A stretch of 64,000 nt of DNA, from positions 1,260 to 65,259 of the forward strand of contig CAYWSE010000007.1 of the NCBI GenBank assembly GCA_964461025.1, given 5' to 3'. How positions within the stretch are numbered: the stretch's first letter is position 1; each line of letters starts with the position of its first letter. The stretch is from an uncultured Sphaerobacteraceae bacterium (GTDB taxonomy: Bacteria; Chloroflexota; Chloroflexia; Thermomicrobiales; UBA6265). Below the pieces are notes generated by a model, which did no database searches, had not been told where the DNA came from, and saw only the letters and a program-made list of their open reading frames with translations. Shown one piece after another: positions 54,351-64,000 of this stretch. Made by a program: the position numbers and the translations under genes.

Positions 54351-55238
54351 ATGAAACTGCTGACATACAGAAGCGGCGACGGCCTCAAGCTGGGCATTCG
54401 CACAGATGATGGCGTCGTCGATGTCGCCGCTGCCGCCGCCGAGTTGGGCATCGCAGCGCCCGATTCGCTGGGCGCGGTTCTCTCGGGTGGAGATGCCGCT
54501 GTCACGTCATTGAAAGCACTAGTCGATGCGCTGCCCGGCTCCGGCGCCGGATCGTCATGGTTGCTCGACGAAATGGCCGTCCAGTACGGACCGGCGGTCG
54601 ACAATCCCGGCAAGATCATCTGCATCGGACTGAACTATGCCCGACATGCCAAGGAATCGGGTATGCCGGTGCCGGCATACCCGATTCTCTTTTCCAAATT
54701 CGGCAACACGATCTGTGGAGCTGGAGATGCTGTGTCAGTTCCTTCAGGCATTGCGACGGAGTACGATTACGAGGTCGAGCTCGGCGTGATCATCGGCAAA
54801 ACCGCGAAGAATGTCAGCGAAGATGAGGCGCTGGACTACGTCTTCGGCTATGCCACGGCCAACGACATCAGCGTTCGCGATCTTCAGATGCGCACCGGGC
54901 AGTGGCTCCTCGGCAAGACACTCGACAACTTCCTTCCGGTTGGTCCCTATCTGGTGACAGCGGACGAAGTCGGTGACCCTCAGGCGCTGCGTATTCGATG
55001 CTGGGTGAACGACGAGCTGCGCCAGGATTCGAGCACCGGCGACATGATCTTCGGCGTTGCGGAAACGGTCAGCTATATCAGCCGCTATTTCCCGCTCGAG
55101 CCGGGCGACCTCATCGTCACCGGCACGCCGGAAGGCGTGGCCATGGGAATGGCCAACAAGCCGTGGCTCAAACCAGGCGACATCGTCACGGTCGAAGTCG
55201 AGCGCTTGGGCAAGCTGACAAATGAGATGGTTGCCTGA
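54351..55238 (+). CDS. Fumarylacetoacetate hydrolase (FAH)-family protein (second copy)
   Basis: KIICIGLNYARHAKE...YDYEVELGVIIGKTAK...FGYATANDISVRD...GDLIVTGTPEGV. Confidence 0.8.
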   Translation: MKLLTYRSGDGLKLGIRTDDGVVDVAAAAAELGIAAPDSLGAVLSGGDAAVTSLKALVDALPGSGAGSSWLLDEMAVQYGPAVDNPGKIICIGLNYARHAKESGMPVPAYPILFSKFGNTICGAGDAVSVPSGIATEYDYEVELGVIIGKTAKNVSEDEALDYVFGYATANDISVRDLQMRTGQWLLGKTLDNFLPVGPYLVTADEVGDPQALRIRCWVNDELRQDSSTGDMIFGVAETVSYISRYFPLEPGDLIVTGTPEGVAMGMANKPWLKPGDIVTVEVERLGKLTNEMVA

Positions 55239-55293
55239 TCCGAACTGCCTATCGACACGACGAAGCGAGCGGAGAGCAATCTCCGCTCGTTTG

Positions 55294-56271
55294 CTATGCG
55301 GGTCGCGTAACCAGAAAGGTGGCGAAAGGATTGCCCTCGATCTTGCAGGTCTCGGAAGCCGCAGGTATCAACAGCGTCCCATATGGCTCCAGCCGGTAAT
55401 CAGCGTTCGCACATGTCACGCTCAAGGACCCATCGACGACCGTCAGGATGAAAAAGACCTCGCCGCCGGGTTCGAGCGTCACCGTCCGATTCTCGACAAA
55501 GCCCTTGCTCAGCACAAATGGCTCGAGCGACACCAGGTCCCGCAGTTCACCATCATCGACGGCACCGGAACCCTTCGGCTTCGGGGAGAGTTCCGGATTC
55601 GCCGCACGGACAGACTCCTCGAAGTGAAGCGACCGTCCAGCAGTCGCCGGACGGTTCCAGTCGAACACCCGATAGGTCAGATCAGAGCTCTGCTGGATTT
55701 CGTAGAGGAAGATTCCGGGACCGAGCGCATGCACGGTCCCGGCAGGCAGACCAAGCACATCGCCAGTGGTGATCGGGGCACGCTCGACGAGCGACTCGAT
55801 CGAGCCATCTCGAATCGCAGATGCCAGTTCGGATTGAGTTGTGCCCGGGTGTACCCCTGAGATGACTTCCGCGCCAGATTCAGCATCAACCACGTACCAG
55901 GCTTCGGTCTTGCCGCGGAACCCTTCACCTTCCAGCTCCGCCGCCAACGCATCGTCTGGATGGACCTGAATGGAAAGCCAATCCTGAGCATCAATCAGCT
56001 TGAGCAGAAGTGGGAATCGTCGCTCGCCGCCCTGCCAGAGACGTTCCCCGAGCATTGATATCCCAGCCTGGCGGGTCATTTCGGCGAGCGTGAGGGCGGC
56101 AGCATCGCCGCAGGAAATCACATTGTCCTCGTGGACCAGCCAGACCTCGCCGACTGGTCCGGCTTCCGACTCGAACCGGTTTCCGCCCCAGATTCGCTCA
56201 ACGAAGCGCGGTTCGATTCGCAATGGCGACGTCGCCGATGCCTGAGGAGTACCTGCGCCCGAAACAGGCAT
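55294..56271 (-). CDS. manA: Mannose-6-phosphate isomerase, type I
   Basis: VERIWGG...[20 protein letters not shown]...GKTEAWYV...[12 protein letters not shown] 56271 shares one nucleotide with the upstream stop (TGATG). Confidence 0.75.
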   Translation of the reverse strand: MPVSGAGTPQASATSPLRIEPRFVERIWGGNRFESEAGPVGEVWLVHEDNVISCGDAAALTLAEMTRQAGISMLGERLWQGGERRFPLLLKLIDAQDWLSIQVHPDDALAAELEGEGFRGKTEAWYVVDAESGAEVISGVHPGTTQSELASAIRDGSIESLVERAPITTGDVLGLPAGTVHALGPGIFLYEIQQSSDLTYRVFDWNRPATAGRSLHFEESVRAANPELSPKPKGSGAVDDGELRDLVSLEPFVLSKGFVENRTVTLEPGGEVFFILTVVDGSLSVTCANADYRLEPYGTLLIPAASETCKIEGNPFATFLVTRPA

Positions 56272-57938
56272 CAGCAGAGGTCGTCTTCTGCGGAGCATTG
56301 TTGGACGAGGGGTTGTACGGTTGCCCGCGAATGTTCGTTCGTCGGTGAGAAATGCCACCAATAGAGCAGGGCAGCGGCCACGAAGGCTCCGGCGAAGTCG
56401 GAAATGATGTCATACGTCGTGTCCTCAGCGCCGTCGTGCCGCCCGGTGCCGAAGAGGCGATCGCCGTAGTATTCGTACACTTCCCAGCCCAGCGCCAGCG
56501 TCATCGCAATGGCGATCGCCGTGAGCAAGATGATGACCGGCGACCAGCTGATCGACCCTCGCCGATGCAGGGCCAGGAGAACATCCCCGGCGGCGGAGGC
56601 GATCGCCAGCGTGCCCAAAAAATGAGTGATCTTGTCATACGCGACAAATCGGGAGTACATGTGACCTGCAGTGCCCAGCGTGTCGGCATACGTTGTCACC
56701 ACAATGATGCCGTGCGTGACCGCCGACAATCCGCCTTCCTGCGAGAGTTTGACACTGACGATCATGATCGCTATCAGCGAGAGGACGATCTGAGCAACCA
56801 TGTATCCCCAGTAGTTGGTAAACCCGGGGTCTACGAACTGCCGGACGATCATGTACGTCAGCAGCAAGCCGAGGGAATACATCGTGAATCGAAATCGGGG
56901 TGCGATGGACATCTCTCTGGAAACAGCGGCTACTGCCTGTCCGAGTCCAGTCTCTGCGAACGTGATACGCCCGTCCGGAGCTTTGGCCACGGCGGCCCGC
57001 CACGTCAGGAGCAGGAACGGGATCACGCCAATCGCCGAACCAACCACTCCGTCGACAAAATAGTGGTGACCGGTGGCCATGACCGTGAAGCCCATCACGA
57101 ACGTCGGCACGATCAGCCAGAACCACCGCATCCAGTGCCGGACCCCAGTGAAGAGCGCCACGCCGCTCAATGCCACCCATCCCACATGCAAACTGGGCAT
57201 TGCCGCGAACTGATTGACAAAGCTATGGGAACCGCCGCGCATCGCATGCGTGCCGATCAGCTCGCTGCCGGGAGCCATACGCGGCGGAGCAAGCGGATAG
57301 ACCCAGATGATCAGCAGTGCGAACGCGCTGGCGATCGCCAATGACGTGCGGAATCGGCGAAAAACCGGATCATCCACAATGAAGAGCCAGAAGAGCGCGC
57401 CGGCAACCACAGGCAGAAAGAACCACGAATAGGAATCGTTGATGATTCCGACCATCGAATCGTTGCGGAGCAGGAACTGCTGGACTGCGCGTTCCTGATC
57501 GAGGTGCAAGAGATCTTCGAACCGCATGAGCGCGGCAGCATTGGCAAAGGCGTCTTCCCATGAACCCTTGACGAGGTGCCGACCGATCTCATAGAGGATG
57601 AATACCGCCGAGCAGATCGCGGCTTCGCGCAAGACTCTTTGACCTGATCTGGGAAACTCCGTGCGCCCACGCCACCGCCAGGCGATGAATCCAGCCATCG
57701 CCACAGCAAATGGGATATAGATCACCGAATCGAAGAGATACGCGGCAAATGCGGCGAAGGCCATGAAAACCGCCGTCCACTTGCTCGAAGCAAGCGTGCC
57801 AAAAAGCCCGATCGCGGCAAACACGACGGCGAAAATGACCCACTCTTGCACAGAGGACGGGAGGTATGGAGAGCGACCAAAGACCTCGATCCGCAAGGCC
57901 AGGCTCCTTTGCGGGTGCAGCCTGCACGAACGACGCAC
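56271..57938 (-). CDS. Polytopic membrane protein with a PAP2 / IPC-synthase-like lipid phosphotransferase domain and extra C-terminal TM segments
   Basis: More than 12 hydrophobic segments. PAP2 C2/C3-like motifs PSLHVGW and GHHYFVDGVVG (HYxxD as in sphingomyelin/IPC synthases). The start is uncertain. Confidence 0.65.
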   Translation of the reverse strand: MRRSCRLHPQRSLALRIEVFGRSPYLPSSVQEWVIFAVVFAAIGLFGTLASSKWTAVFMAFAAFAAYLFDSVIYIPFAVAMAGFIAWRWRGRTEFPRSGQRVLREAAICSAVFILYEIGRHLVKGSWEDAFANAAALMRFEDLLHLDQERAVQQFLLRNDSMVGIINDSYSWFFLPVVAGALFWLFIVDDPVFRRFRTSLAIASAFALLIIWVYPLAPPRMAPGSELIGTHAMRGGSHSFVNQFAAMPSLHVGWVALSGVALFTGVRHWMRWFWLIVPTFVMGFTVMATGHHYFVDGVVGSAIGVIPFLLLTWRAAVAKAPDGRITFAETGLGQAVAAVSREMSIAPRFRFTMYSLGLLLTYMIVRQFVDPGFTNYWGYMVAQIVLSLIAIMIVSVKLSQEGGLSAVTHGIIVVTTYADTLGTAGHMYSRFVAYDKITHFLGTLAIASAAGDVLLALHRRGSISWSPVIILLTAIAIAMTLALGWEVYEYYGDRLFGTGRHDGAEDTTYDIISDFAGAFVAAALLYWWHFSPTNEHSRATVQPLVQQCSAEDDLC

Positions 57939-58043
57939 TGGTACGAAATCGCGTGACTCGGTGTCCAGTGCGCGTCCTGATTATGGCACAGGATTCTCTT
58001 AATCGGACGATCCACCAGTTGTGGTTCGCCACGACCGCCCGGT

Positions 58044-60614
58044 TCAGGCGGCTCGAACTGGCGTGAATTGTTTCGCTACCGTTGCTGATCCGCCAGAACT
58101 GGTCATGTTCCTGGAGGATCCGCCAAAACCGCGTAATCGCAACGAGTTCGTGACAACGCTGACACTCGAGAGCGCCATTGCCGCGGCCGCCAGACCCGGA
58201 TTGAGCAAATGACCCGTGAACGGATACAGCACGCCCATCGCCACCGGTATCAGCACGACATTGTACGCAAACGCCCAGAAGAGATTCTGGCGGATGGTCC
58301 GCATTGTCGTTTCCGAGAGGGTGAAGGCATTCGGCACACCGCGAAGATCAGAGCCGACAAGCGTCACGTCGCTTGCCTCCTTGGCGACATCAGATCCGGT
58401 GCCGATGGCGATGCCGAGATCGGCGGTGGCAAGCGCCGGCGCGTCGTTCACGCCATCGCCGACCATCGCCACAACACGCCCCTCCGCTTGAAATCGCTCG
58501 ACCACCCCGGCCTTTTCGGAAGGAAGCACATCGGAAATGACATGATCGCTCGCGATTCCGACCTGAGCGGCAATGGCGGCAGCTGTGGCCCGGTTGTCTC
58601 CTGTCAGCATCCACACATCGCGTTTGGATGCCTGCAGCGACGCGATGGCTTGCGTTGATTCCGGTTTGATTGTGTCTGCAACAGCAATGATGCCGGCGAA
58701 CCGGTCGCCAATCGCAACATACATCGGCGTCTGGCCCTTCGCTGCCACGGCGTATCCGTCGTTGGCCAGCTCTTCGACCGATATCCCCTTGCTTGCCAGG
58801 AACGCTGGATTGCCGACCAGAACCAGTTGCGCGTCCACTCGTGCCGAAACGCCAAATCCGGGCACGGACTGAAACGCCTCGACACCGGCGAGCGGCATTC
58901 CGTCGTCTTGTGCCCGGCGAACGATAGCCTGACCCAATGGGTGCTCGGATGCCACCTCGACGGCGGCTGCAGTCTGCATGAGATTGGTGCTATCAAAACC
59001 GGATGCTGGAATGATGGCGACCACCGTCGGCCGGCCACGAGTCACGGTGCCGGTTTTGTCCAGCACCACCGTGTCGACCTTGTGCGCCCGCTCCAGCGCG
59101 GCTCCTCCCTTGATCAGGATGCCCATTTCGGCGCCGCGACCCGTTCCCACCATTACCGCGGTTGGCGTCGCCAGTCCCATCGCGCAAGGGCAGGCGATGA
59201 TGAGCACGGCAATCGCCGCCTGCAGTGCGTTCTCAAAAGCCGGGCCGGGTCCCGCCAGATACCACACGGCAAATGTCAGCGCACTCAATGCCAGGACGAT
59301 CGGCACGAAGTACGAGGAGATCGTGTCGGCCAGCCGCTGGATCGGCGCCTTCGACCCCTGAGCATCGCTGACGAGACGAATGATCTGCGAAAGAGCCGTG
59401 TCCTGCCCGACGCTCGTCGCCCGGAAGACGAAGGTTCCGGTGGTATTGACCGTCGCGCCGATCACGTCATCGCCAGCTGATTTGTCAACTGGCAGACTCT
59501 CGCCGGTCAGCATGCTCTCGTCGATTGCCGATTGACCGTGAACAACGACACCATCGACCGGAACCCGCTCACCCGGCCGAACGCGGACCAGGTCACCAAC
59601 CGCGACCTCACCAATCGCCACTTCGACCTCGACATCATTGCGAAGTATCTTCGCGGTCTGCGGAGAAAGATCCATCAGTGAGGCAATGGCGGAAGACGTT
59701 TTGATGCGGGCTCGCGCTTCCAGCCAGCGCCCAGTCAGGATCAGCCCGATGATCACTGTGGCAGTTTCGTAGTAGACCTCCGGCATCGGGTGCGGACCAA
59801 GTATTTGTTCGGGAAAGAACGTGACCGCGGCTGAATAGAAATAGGCCGCCGACGTTCCAATCGCCACCAGCGTATTCATGTTTGTCTGTCCATGGCGCGC
59901 CGCGGCAAAGGCCTGTCGGTAGAACTGCCCTCCCGCCCAGAACTGGATCGGCGTGGCCAGGACGAACATGATGATGAACAAGGTGTTCATCGACTCGATC
60001 GGCTGACCACCGAGCAGCCAGTCTGGCCAGTACATCAGCAACATGAGTACAGCGGAGACACCGAGTGCCGCGACGGCCTTGATCTGTATCGCTCGAAGCT
60101 CTTTCACACGCTTGGCGGTTAATTCATCGTAGGCGTCGTCGGTTGACCCTGCGCTTCGTTCGCCAATGGAGTAGCCAGCGCCGATCACCGCCTCTTCGAT
60201 CGCAGATCGGGAGAGCGAACCGGTGATGCCGCTGATCGTTGCGGACTCGGTCGCCAGATTGACGGCGACGCTTTGTACGCCCTCGACCTTCTCGATCGCC
60301 TTCTCAACGCGGCGCACACAACTCGCGCACGTCATCCCCTCGACTGGCAGCGTGATCGTAGTCGAAGGCACATCGTATCCGGCGTCCTTGATGACATGAA
60401 TGAGCTGATCGGCATCAGTGACGGCAGAATTGAATTCAACCGTGGCCTGCTCGGTCGCCAGATTGACCGCCGCGATGCGAACTCCAGGCGTCGCCTCCAG
60501 CGCTTTTTCGACCCGCCGCACGCAGCTGGCGCAGGTCATCCCGAGAACGGGAATCCGAAGTTCCTCAGTTGCGAATGCTTCGGGCGAAATCGTGATGTTG
60601 TCTATGCTGCTCAT
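58044..60614 (-). CDS. copA: Copper-translocating P1B-type ATPase
   Basis: Two N-terminal HMA domains ([14 protein letters not shown] twice), the CPC motif in [18 protein letters not shown], and [10 protein letters not shown]. Confidence 0.9.
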   Translation of the reverse strand: MSSIDNITISPEAFATEELRIPVLGMTCASCVRRVEKALEATPGVRIAAVNLATEQATVEFNSAVTDADQLIHVIKDAGYDVPSTTITLPVEGMTCASCVRRVEKAIEKVEGVQSVAVNLATESATISGITGSLSRSAIEEAVIGAGYSIGERSAGSTDDAYDELTAKRVKELRAIQIKAVAALGVSAVLMLLMYWPDWLLGGQPIESMNTLFIIMFVLATPIQFWAGGQFYRQAFAAARHGQTNMNTLVAIGTSAAYFYSAAVTFFPEQILGPHPMPEVYYETATVIIGLILTGRWLEARARIKTSSAIASLMDLSPQTAKILRNDVEVEVAIGEVAVGDLVRVRPGERVPVDGVVVHGQSAIDESMLTGESLPVDKSAGDDVIGATVNTTGTFVFRATSVGQDTALSQIIRLVSDAQGSKAPIQRLADTISSYFVPIVLALSALTFAVWYLAGPGPAFENALQAAIAVLIIACPCAMGLATPTAVMVGTGRGAEMGILIKGGAALERAHKVDTVVLDKTGTVTRGRPTVVAIIPASGFDSTNLMQTAAAVEVASEHPLGQAIVRRAQDDGMPLAGVEAFQSVPGFGVSARVDAQLVLVGNPAFLASKGISVEELANDGYAVAAKGQTPMYVAIGDRFAGIIAVADTIKPESTQAIASLQASKRDVWMLTGDNRATAAAIAAQVGIASDHVISDVLPSEKAGVVERFQAEGRVVAMVGDGVNDAPALATADLGIAIGTGSDVAKEASDVTLVGSDLRGVPNAFTLSETTMRTIRQNLFWAFAYNVVLIPVAMGVLYPFTGHLLNPGLAAAAMALSSVSVVTNSLRLRGFGGSSRNMTSSGGSATVAKQFTPVRAA

Positions 60615-60653
60615 ATGGATTCTGTGTTGCGGAGGGCTCGAATGACTGCCTTT

Positions 60654-60682
60654 AGTATACCCCCATAGGGTATATGAGTCAA
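60654..60682 (-). promoter_or_regulatory. copA promoter with an embedded CsoR-type operator
   Basis: The minus strand reads TTGACT-17 nt-TATACT. The spacer and -10 contain ATACCCTATGGGGGTAT (TATACCC-5 nt-GGGTATA, 60656-60674). As I recall it, this differs by one base from the B. subtilis copZA CsoR operator core ATACCCTACGGGGGTAT. Confidence 0.65.
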
Positions 60683-61023
60683 CGCCCCCTGTCAGGATTG
60701 CTCAACGGCGGCAAGGAGCAGAGAAGCGTACACCCAGGCCCGATGCCGTTGAGCAACCTCTTCTTTGCCAGGGCCGCCGTTGCTGGCGACCGTGATGTGC
60801 CGAAGATGTTGCCCCGCACGACAACACGACTCCAACTCCTCAGTTCACGACCGAAACGAGGACCAGAAGGGCAGTTCGAGGAGGTTCACCTGTCGTATTG
60901 ACTGTCGGGATGGATGGGGTACCGGAACCGCAGGGACTTGCACGGTGCGTGCGTTGCCGCTGCAAACTATCCTCTCCGGCGCAAGACCCAGTCTAGCATA
61001 GACGGGGCCACATTGGACTGGAA

Positions 61024-61704
61024 TTATTCCAGTCTATCTCCCATGCGTTCGAGCAGCCATGCCTTGGCGTCGTTCAGCGCCCGCACGCGCACCGTCGGCT
61101 CGACGAGAAACGGCGGCATCTCGGTTCGTCCATTCTGCACGGCGATCACCCTCATCTCCGCCGCGATCGCTGCTTCGACGCCTAGCGGCGAGTCCTCCAG
61201 AACAACGATTCCACAAGGAGACACACCGAGGCGTTCCGCTGCCAACAGGAAGAGATCTGGTGCAGGTTTGCCACGCCTCACGTCATCTCCTGTAACCTCG
61301 ACATCGAACAAACCGCTCAATCTCGTTTCAGTCAGTGAGATGTCGGCGTGTGAGCGCATACCGGAGGTCGCCAGGGCAACCGGCAATCCTGCCGAGCGGA
61401 CGGCGCGAAGAATGTCACCGGCGCCAGGCATAGGCTGCACGGAACCACGCAGTGCGGCCATTCGGGCCTCGCTGTACTGTTTGGAGAGCACGTCGAGCGG
61501 TGCATCGATCGCGTAGCTATCACGAGCGATTGCAATGGCTTCACTCAGTCGCCTGCCGAGCATGCGAGCCTGGATGACAGGATCGACCTCGATTCCGTAG
61601 GACGCCAGAAACACGGCCATGGCGTTCGCGGCGAGAGGCTCTGAGTCGACCAGCAAGCCGTCGAGATCGAAGATCACTGCATTCACGTTGTGTTCCTCAA
61701 TCAT
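61024..61704 (-). CDS. HAD-superfamily phosphatase (beta-phosphoglucomutase-like subfamily IA)
   Basis: VIFDLDGLLVDSE, ALATSG, LEDSPLGVEAA. Confidence 0.8.
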   Translation of the reverse strand: MIEEHNVNAVIFDLDGLLVDSEPLAANAMAVFLASYGIEVDPVIQARMLGRRLSEAIAIARDSYAIDAPLDVLSKQYSEARMAALRGSVQPMPGAGDILRAVRSAGLPVALATSGMRSHADISLTETRLSGLFDVEVTGDDVRRGKPAPDLFLLAAERLGVSPCGIVVLEDSPLGVEAAIAAEMRVIAVQNGRTEMPPFLVEPTVRVRALNDAKAWLLERMGDRLE

Positions 61705-61716
61705 CAGTGGCTGCCT

Positions 61717-62385
61717 TCACGATGCGCCTTTGAGAGTCAATACTGCTGCAGGATTGTCAATCAGCACTGCGCGGACGTCCATTGCGCTCAGTCCGGCGTC
61801 CATCAGTGCAAGTGGAATCTTGTGGAGCGCGGACGTGAGCGTGAGCGGAGCGCCTGAGGTTCCGCGCCCGGTCGTTCCCGCCAGCAGGAGCACACTCGCG
61901 CCGACCACCCGAGCAATCGATGTCGGATCGTCTGCCGCGACTCCGGGTAATGCAATGACATATGCCGGTTCGTCACCTGCGTCGTACCGAGCCCCGGTGG
62001 CGGATGTGCCGAGCCACGACAGATTTGGCATCGATGCACCAGAGTTCGAAGGCACAAGCAAATGAACTGGACTCCTTCCGGCAATCCATCGCAGCATCGA
62101 CTCCGAGCCAACTGGCGTTTCTTCGACCAGGACCAGCGCTCGCAACCCGATCAGGTGCGCGGCCTCGAGCTCTTCAAGGATCGCGGCCTCGTCGATTTCC
62201 TCTGCGCCTGTGACGGCCAGAATCGAAGGGACAAACAGCGTGAGTCCTAACGCACCCGGGTCTATTGGCCCGAGCATCGTCAGGACATGAGGCAACGACA
62301 GATCGAATGTCTCTTCGATCTCGTCCGGAACGAATGACTCCCCGGCCTCCAGACCGAAGTCTTCCTCCCACATTTGAGATTTCAT
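61717..62385 (-). CDS. Hypothetical protein, phosphotriesterase/amidohydrolase-like but lacking the HxH metal site
   Basis: LGPIDPGALGLTLFVPSIL occupies the place of the PTE-family G.i....LG.TL.HEHL. The C-terminus IPLALMDAGLSAMDVRAVLIDNPAAVL is PTE-like. It is only 222 aa. Confidence 0.45.
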   Translation of the reverse strand: MKSQMWEEDFGLEAGESFVPDEIEETFDLSLPHVLTMLGPIDPGALGLTLFVPSILAVTGAEEIDEAAILEELEAAHLIGLRALVLVEETPVGSESMLRWIAGRSPVHLLVPSNSGASMPNLSWLGTSATGARYDAGDEPAYVIALPGVAADDPTSIARVVGASVLLLAGTTGRGTSGAPLTLTSALHKIPLALMDAGLSAMDVRAVLIDNPAAVLTLKGAS

Positions 62386-62540
62386 ATTGGCGCCTGGTCC
62401 GTTCGCTCAGGAGTCGTTCAATAGCCGAGATGGTATCGGGCCGTCCCTGCCACAACAACCATCACCTGTGGATGTGTCGTCTTCGCCGCATGGTATCGTG
62501 AGCGCTCTGTGATCGATACAGAACGTGGAGATGAAGAGCA

Positions 62541-64000
62541 GTGACGACGAATGAGACGGAGAATTCGCCAGCTTCCGAGAAAACGGAATCGAAAGGTCTG
62601 GAGCGCCCGGCGGATCCAGTGATCACATCGCACAAGATCGCCATAGAAGGCACGACGCTCCCCTGGGAGACCGATTTCGGTCTGATGCCGATCGAGAATG
62701 ACAAAGGCGAAATCGACGCGACGCTCTCCTATACCTACTACCGCCGGCCGGGCGAAGTCGAAGCCGGCAGACCACTGACCATTCTCTTCAACGGCGGCCC
62801 CGGTTCTTCCTCCGTCTGGTTGCATATGGGCGGTATCGGACCTCGCCGGGTTCGCCTGCTCGACGATGGGGCGATGCCGCCGCCGCCATTCGAGGTCATC
62901 GACAACCCTTACACCTGGCTGACGTTCAGCGATCTGGTGTTCATCGATCCGGTCGATACCGGCTTCAGCAAGGCAAAGGACGAAGAGACCAGCAAACGAT
63001 TTCGATCTGTCGATGGGGACCTCGAGCTCGTCGGCGAGTTCATTCGGCGTTTTCTGACCAGGTACCGGCGATGGCATTCCCCCCTTTTCCTCTCCGGAGA
63101 AAGCTACGGCACCTTCCGCGCCGCTGGTCTGGCCGGAACGTTGGCCGACCGCGGCATCATTTTCAACGGAATCATCCTGATCTCCAGCGTGCTCGAGCTG
63201 GGCACACTGCTGTTCGAATCCGGCGACGATCTGCCGTACGTCGTCTACGTACCCACCTATGCCGCGACTGCGTGGCATCACGGACAGTTGGGCGACGAGC
63301 TGCAGAACGGGTCGATCGAGTCGCTGCTGGAAGAGGTTCGGGAATGGTCGCTGACGACCTATACCGTTGCCCTGGCCCGGGGAGCGGACCTGGACACCGA
63401 AGAGCGAAGCCGGGTTGCGGCCGAGCTGTCTCGCTTTATCGGCATCGATCGGCAGTTGTTGGAGCGCTGGAATTTGCGTGTCACCGGTTCACGTTTCTGT
63501 AATGAGCTGCTGCGCTCTGAAGGAAAGATCGTCGGACGACTCGACGCCAGATTCACCGGATTCGACCCCGCGGGATTAACGGACGACAGTGAGTTCGACC
63601 CCAGTATGAGTGCGATCCGGGCCCCCTTCACTGCAGCATTCAACAGCTATGTCAGTCACGAGCTAGGATTCGAATCCGACGCCGAATATCACATCCTGCG
63701 CGGACTCGAATGGGGTTGGGGAGAATCGCACGACGGTACTCCGCGCACGAACACGCTCCTCGAGAAAGCGTTTGCGCACAATCCCTACCTCAATCTGATG
63801 GTGCTCTCCGGATACTATGATCTGGCGACGCCATTCTTCGCGACGGAGTACACACTGAACCGCCTTCGCATCGACCCAGCGATCAGGAACCAGATCGTCA
63901 GAGCCGACTACGCCGGCGGGCACATGATGTATGTCGCGGAGCAAATTCTGAAAGAAATGCAGGGAGACGTAGCGGCCTTCGTCCAGAACGCAATCAGCGT
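62541..64000 (+). CDS. Serine carboxypeptidase, S10 family; C-terminal end runs off the window
   Basis: Absent from the ORF track (no stop in the window). My translation from GTG 62541 (GGAG 10 nt upstream) reads LTILFNGGPGSSSVWLHMGGIGP...FIDPVDTGFS...LFLSGESYGTFRAAG...ADYAGGHMMYV and stays open to 64000. Confidence 0.8.
   Translation, partial: MTTNETENSPASEKTESKGLERPADPVITSHKIAIEGTTLPWETDFGLMPIENDKGEIDATLSYTYYRRPGEVEAGRPLTILFNGGPGSSSVWLHMGGIGPRRVRLLDDGAMPPPPFEVIDNPYTWLTFSDLVFIDPVDTGFSKAKDEETSKRFRSVDGDLELVGEFIRRFLTRYRRWHSPLFLSGESYGTFRAAGLAGTLADRGIIFNGIILISSVLELGTLLFESGDDLPYVVYVPTYAATAWHHGQLGDELQNGSIESLLEEVREWSLTTYTVALARGADLDTEERSRVAAELSRFIGIDRQLLERWNLRVTGSRFCNELLRSEGKIVGRLDARFTGFDPAGLTDDSEFDPSMSAIRAPFTAAFNSYVSHELGFESDAEYHILRGLEWGWGESHDGTPRTNTLLEKAFAHNPYLNLMVLSGYYDLATPFFATEYTLNRLRIDPAIRNQIVRADYAGGHMMYVAEQILKEMQGDVAAFVQNAIS

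Noticed and set aside
60674-60901. 75-aa ORF divergent from copA as a candidate csoR, copZ or other regulator; also ORF 60765..61001 and a 47-codon TTG ORF on the minus strand
   Set aside because: There is no CsoR-like helical C-H-C pattern, no MxCxxC metal site, and poor protein-like composition.
60900-61023. tRNA-like impression (GGTTCCGGTACC) in the copA-HAD spacer
   Set aside because: I could not fold an acceptor stem or D/anticodon arms, and the T-loop consensus is not met.

Overview
High-GC (about 60%) bacterial chromosomal segment, gene-dense, with about 55 protein-coding genes. I found no rRNA, tRNA, CRISPR array, transposase or integrase. The content suggests a Chloroflexota/Thermomicrobia-like or similar soil or thermophile lineage, but this is a guess from protein flavour only. 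Layout: (1) 1-8 kb holds a partial TrpB2 gene, then a co-directional block of four poorly understood genes. These are a nuclease-like/degenerate-HPRT fusion coupled to a minimal VirB11/PilT-like ATPase, an 86-bp inverted array of 7-bp repeats, and a ChlI-like AAA+ ATPase with a large VWA protein. (2) 8-18 kb holds housekeeping and accessory genes: EamA, a metallophosphoesterase, an enolase-superfamily enzyme, an ABC exporter, a LuxR-STAND regulator and a HAD hydrolase. (3) 18.2-32.3 kb is a tightly packed 12-gene plus-strand operon. It has a GntR regulator with a textbook promoter and palindromic operator, a family-5 binding protein and two permeases. It also has a D-aminoacylase-like amidohydrolase, two Gfo/Idh/MocA oxidoreductases, a DHDPS/NanA-like lyase, a cytoplasmic BNR propeller, a DegT aminotransferase, a duplicated amidohydrolase-2 and an HpcH aldolase. 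I read this as an uncharacterised catabolic pathway for an N-acylated amino sugar, sugar acid or aminocyclitol. (4) 32.5-42 kb holds a paralogous binding-protein/permease set converging on a GGT-MDR-Gfo-FAH-esterase-YjbR operon. (5) 42-64 kb holds typA, manC translationally coupled to an unusual threonine-dehydratase/CARDB-like/VanY(M15B) fusion, and an Ldh_2 oxidoreductase. It then holds a cupin, an amidase with a GatC/AtzG-like small subunit, an M42 peptidase, lpd, FAH, and manA coupled to a PAP2/IPC-synthase-like membrane protein. It ends with copA carrying a CsoR-type operator but no csoR, a HAD hydrolase, a degenerate PTE-like protein and a partial S10 carboxypeptidase. Many long ORFs in the track are antisense or out-of-frame shadows typical of high-GC DNA and were discarded. 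All functional calls come from motif recognition by eye. No database search was run.
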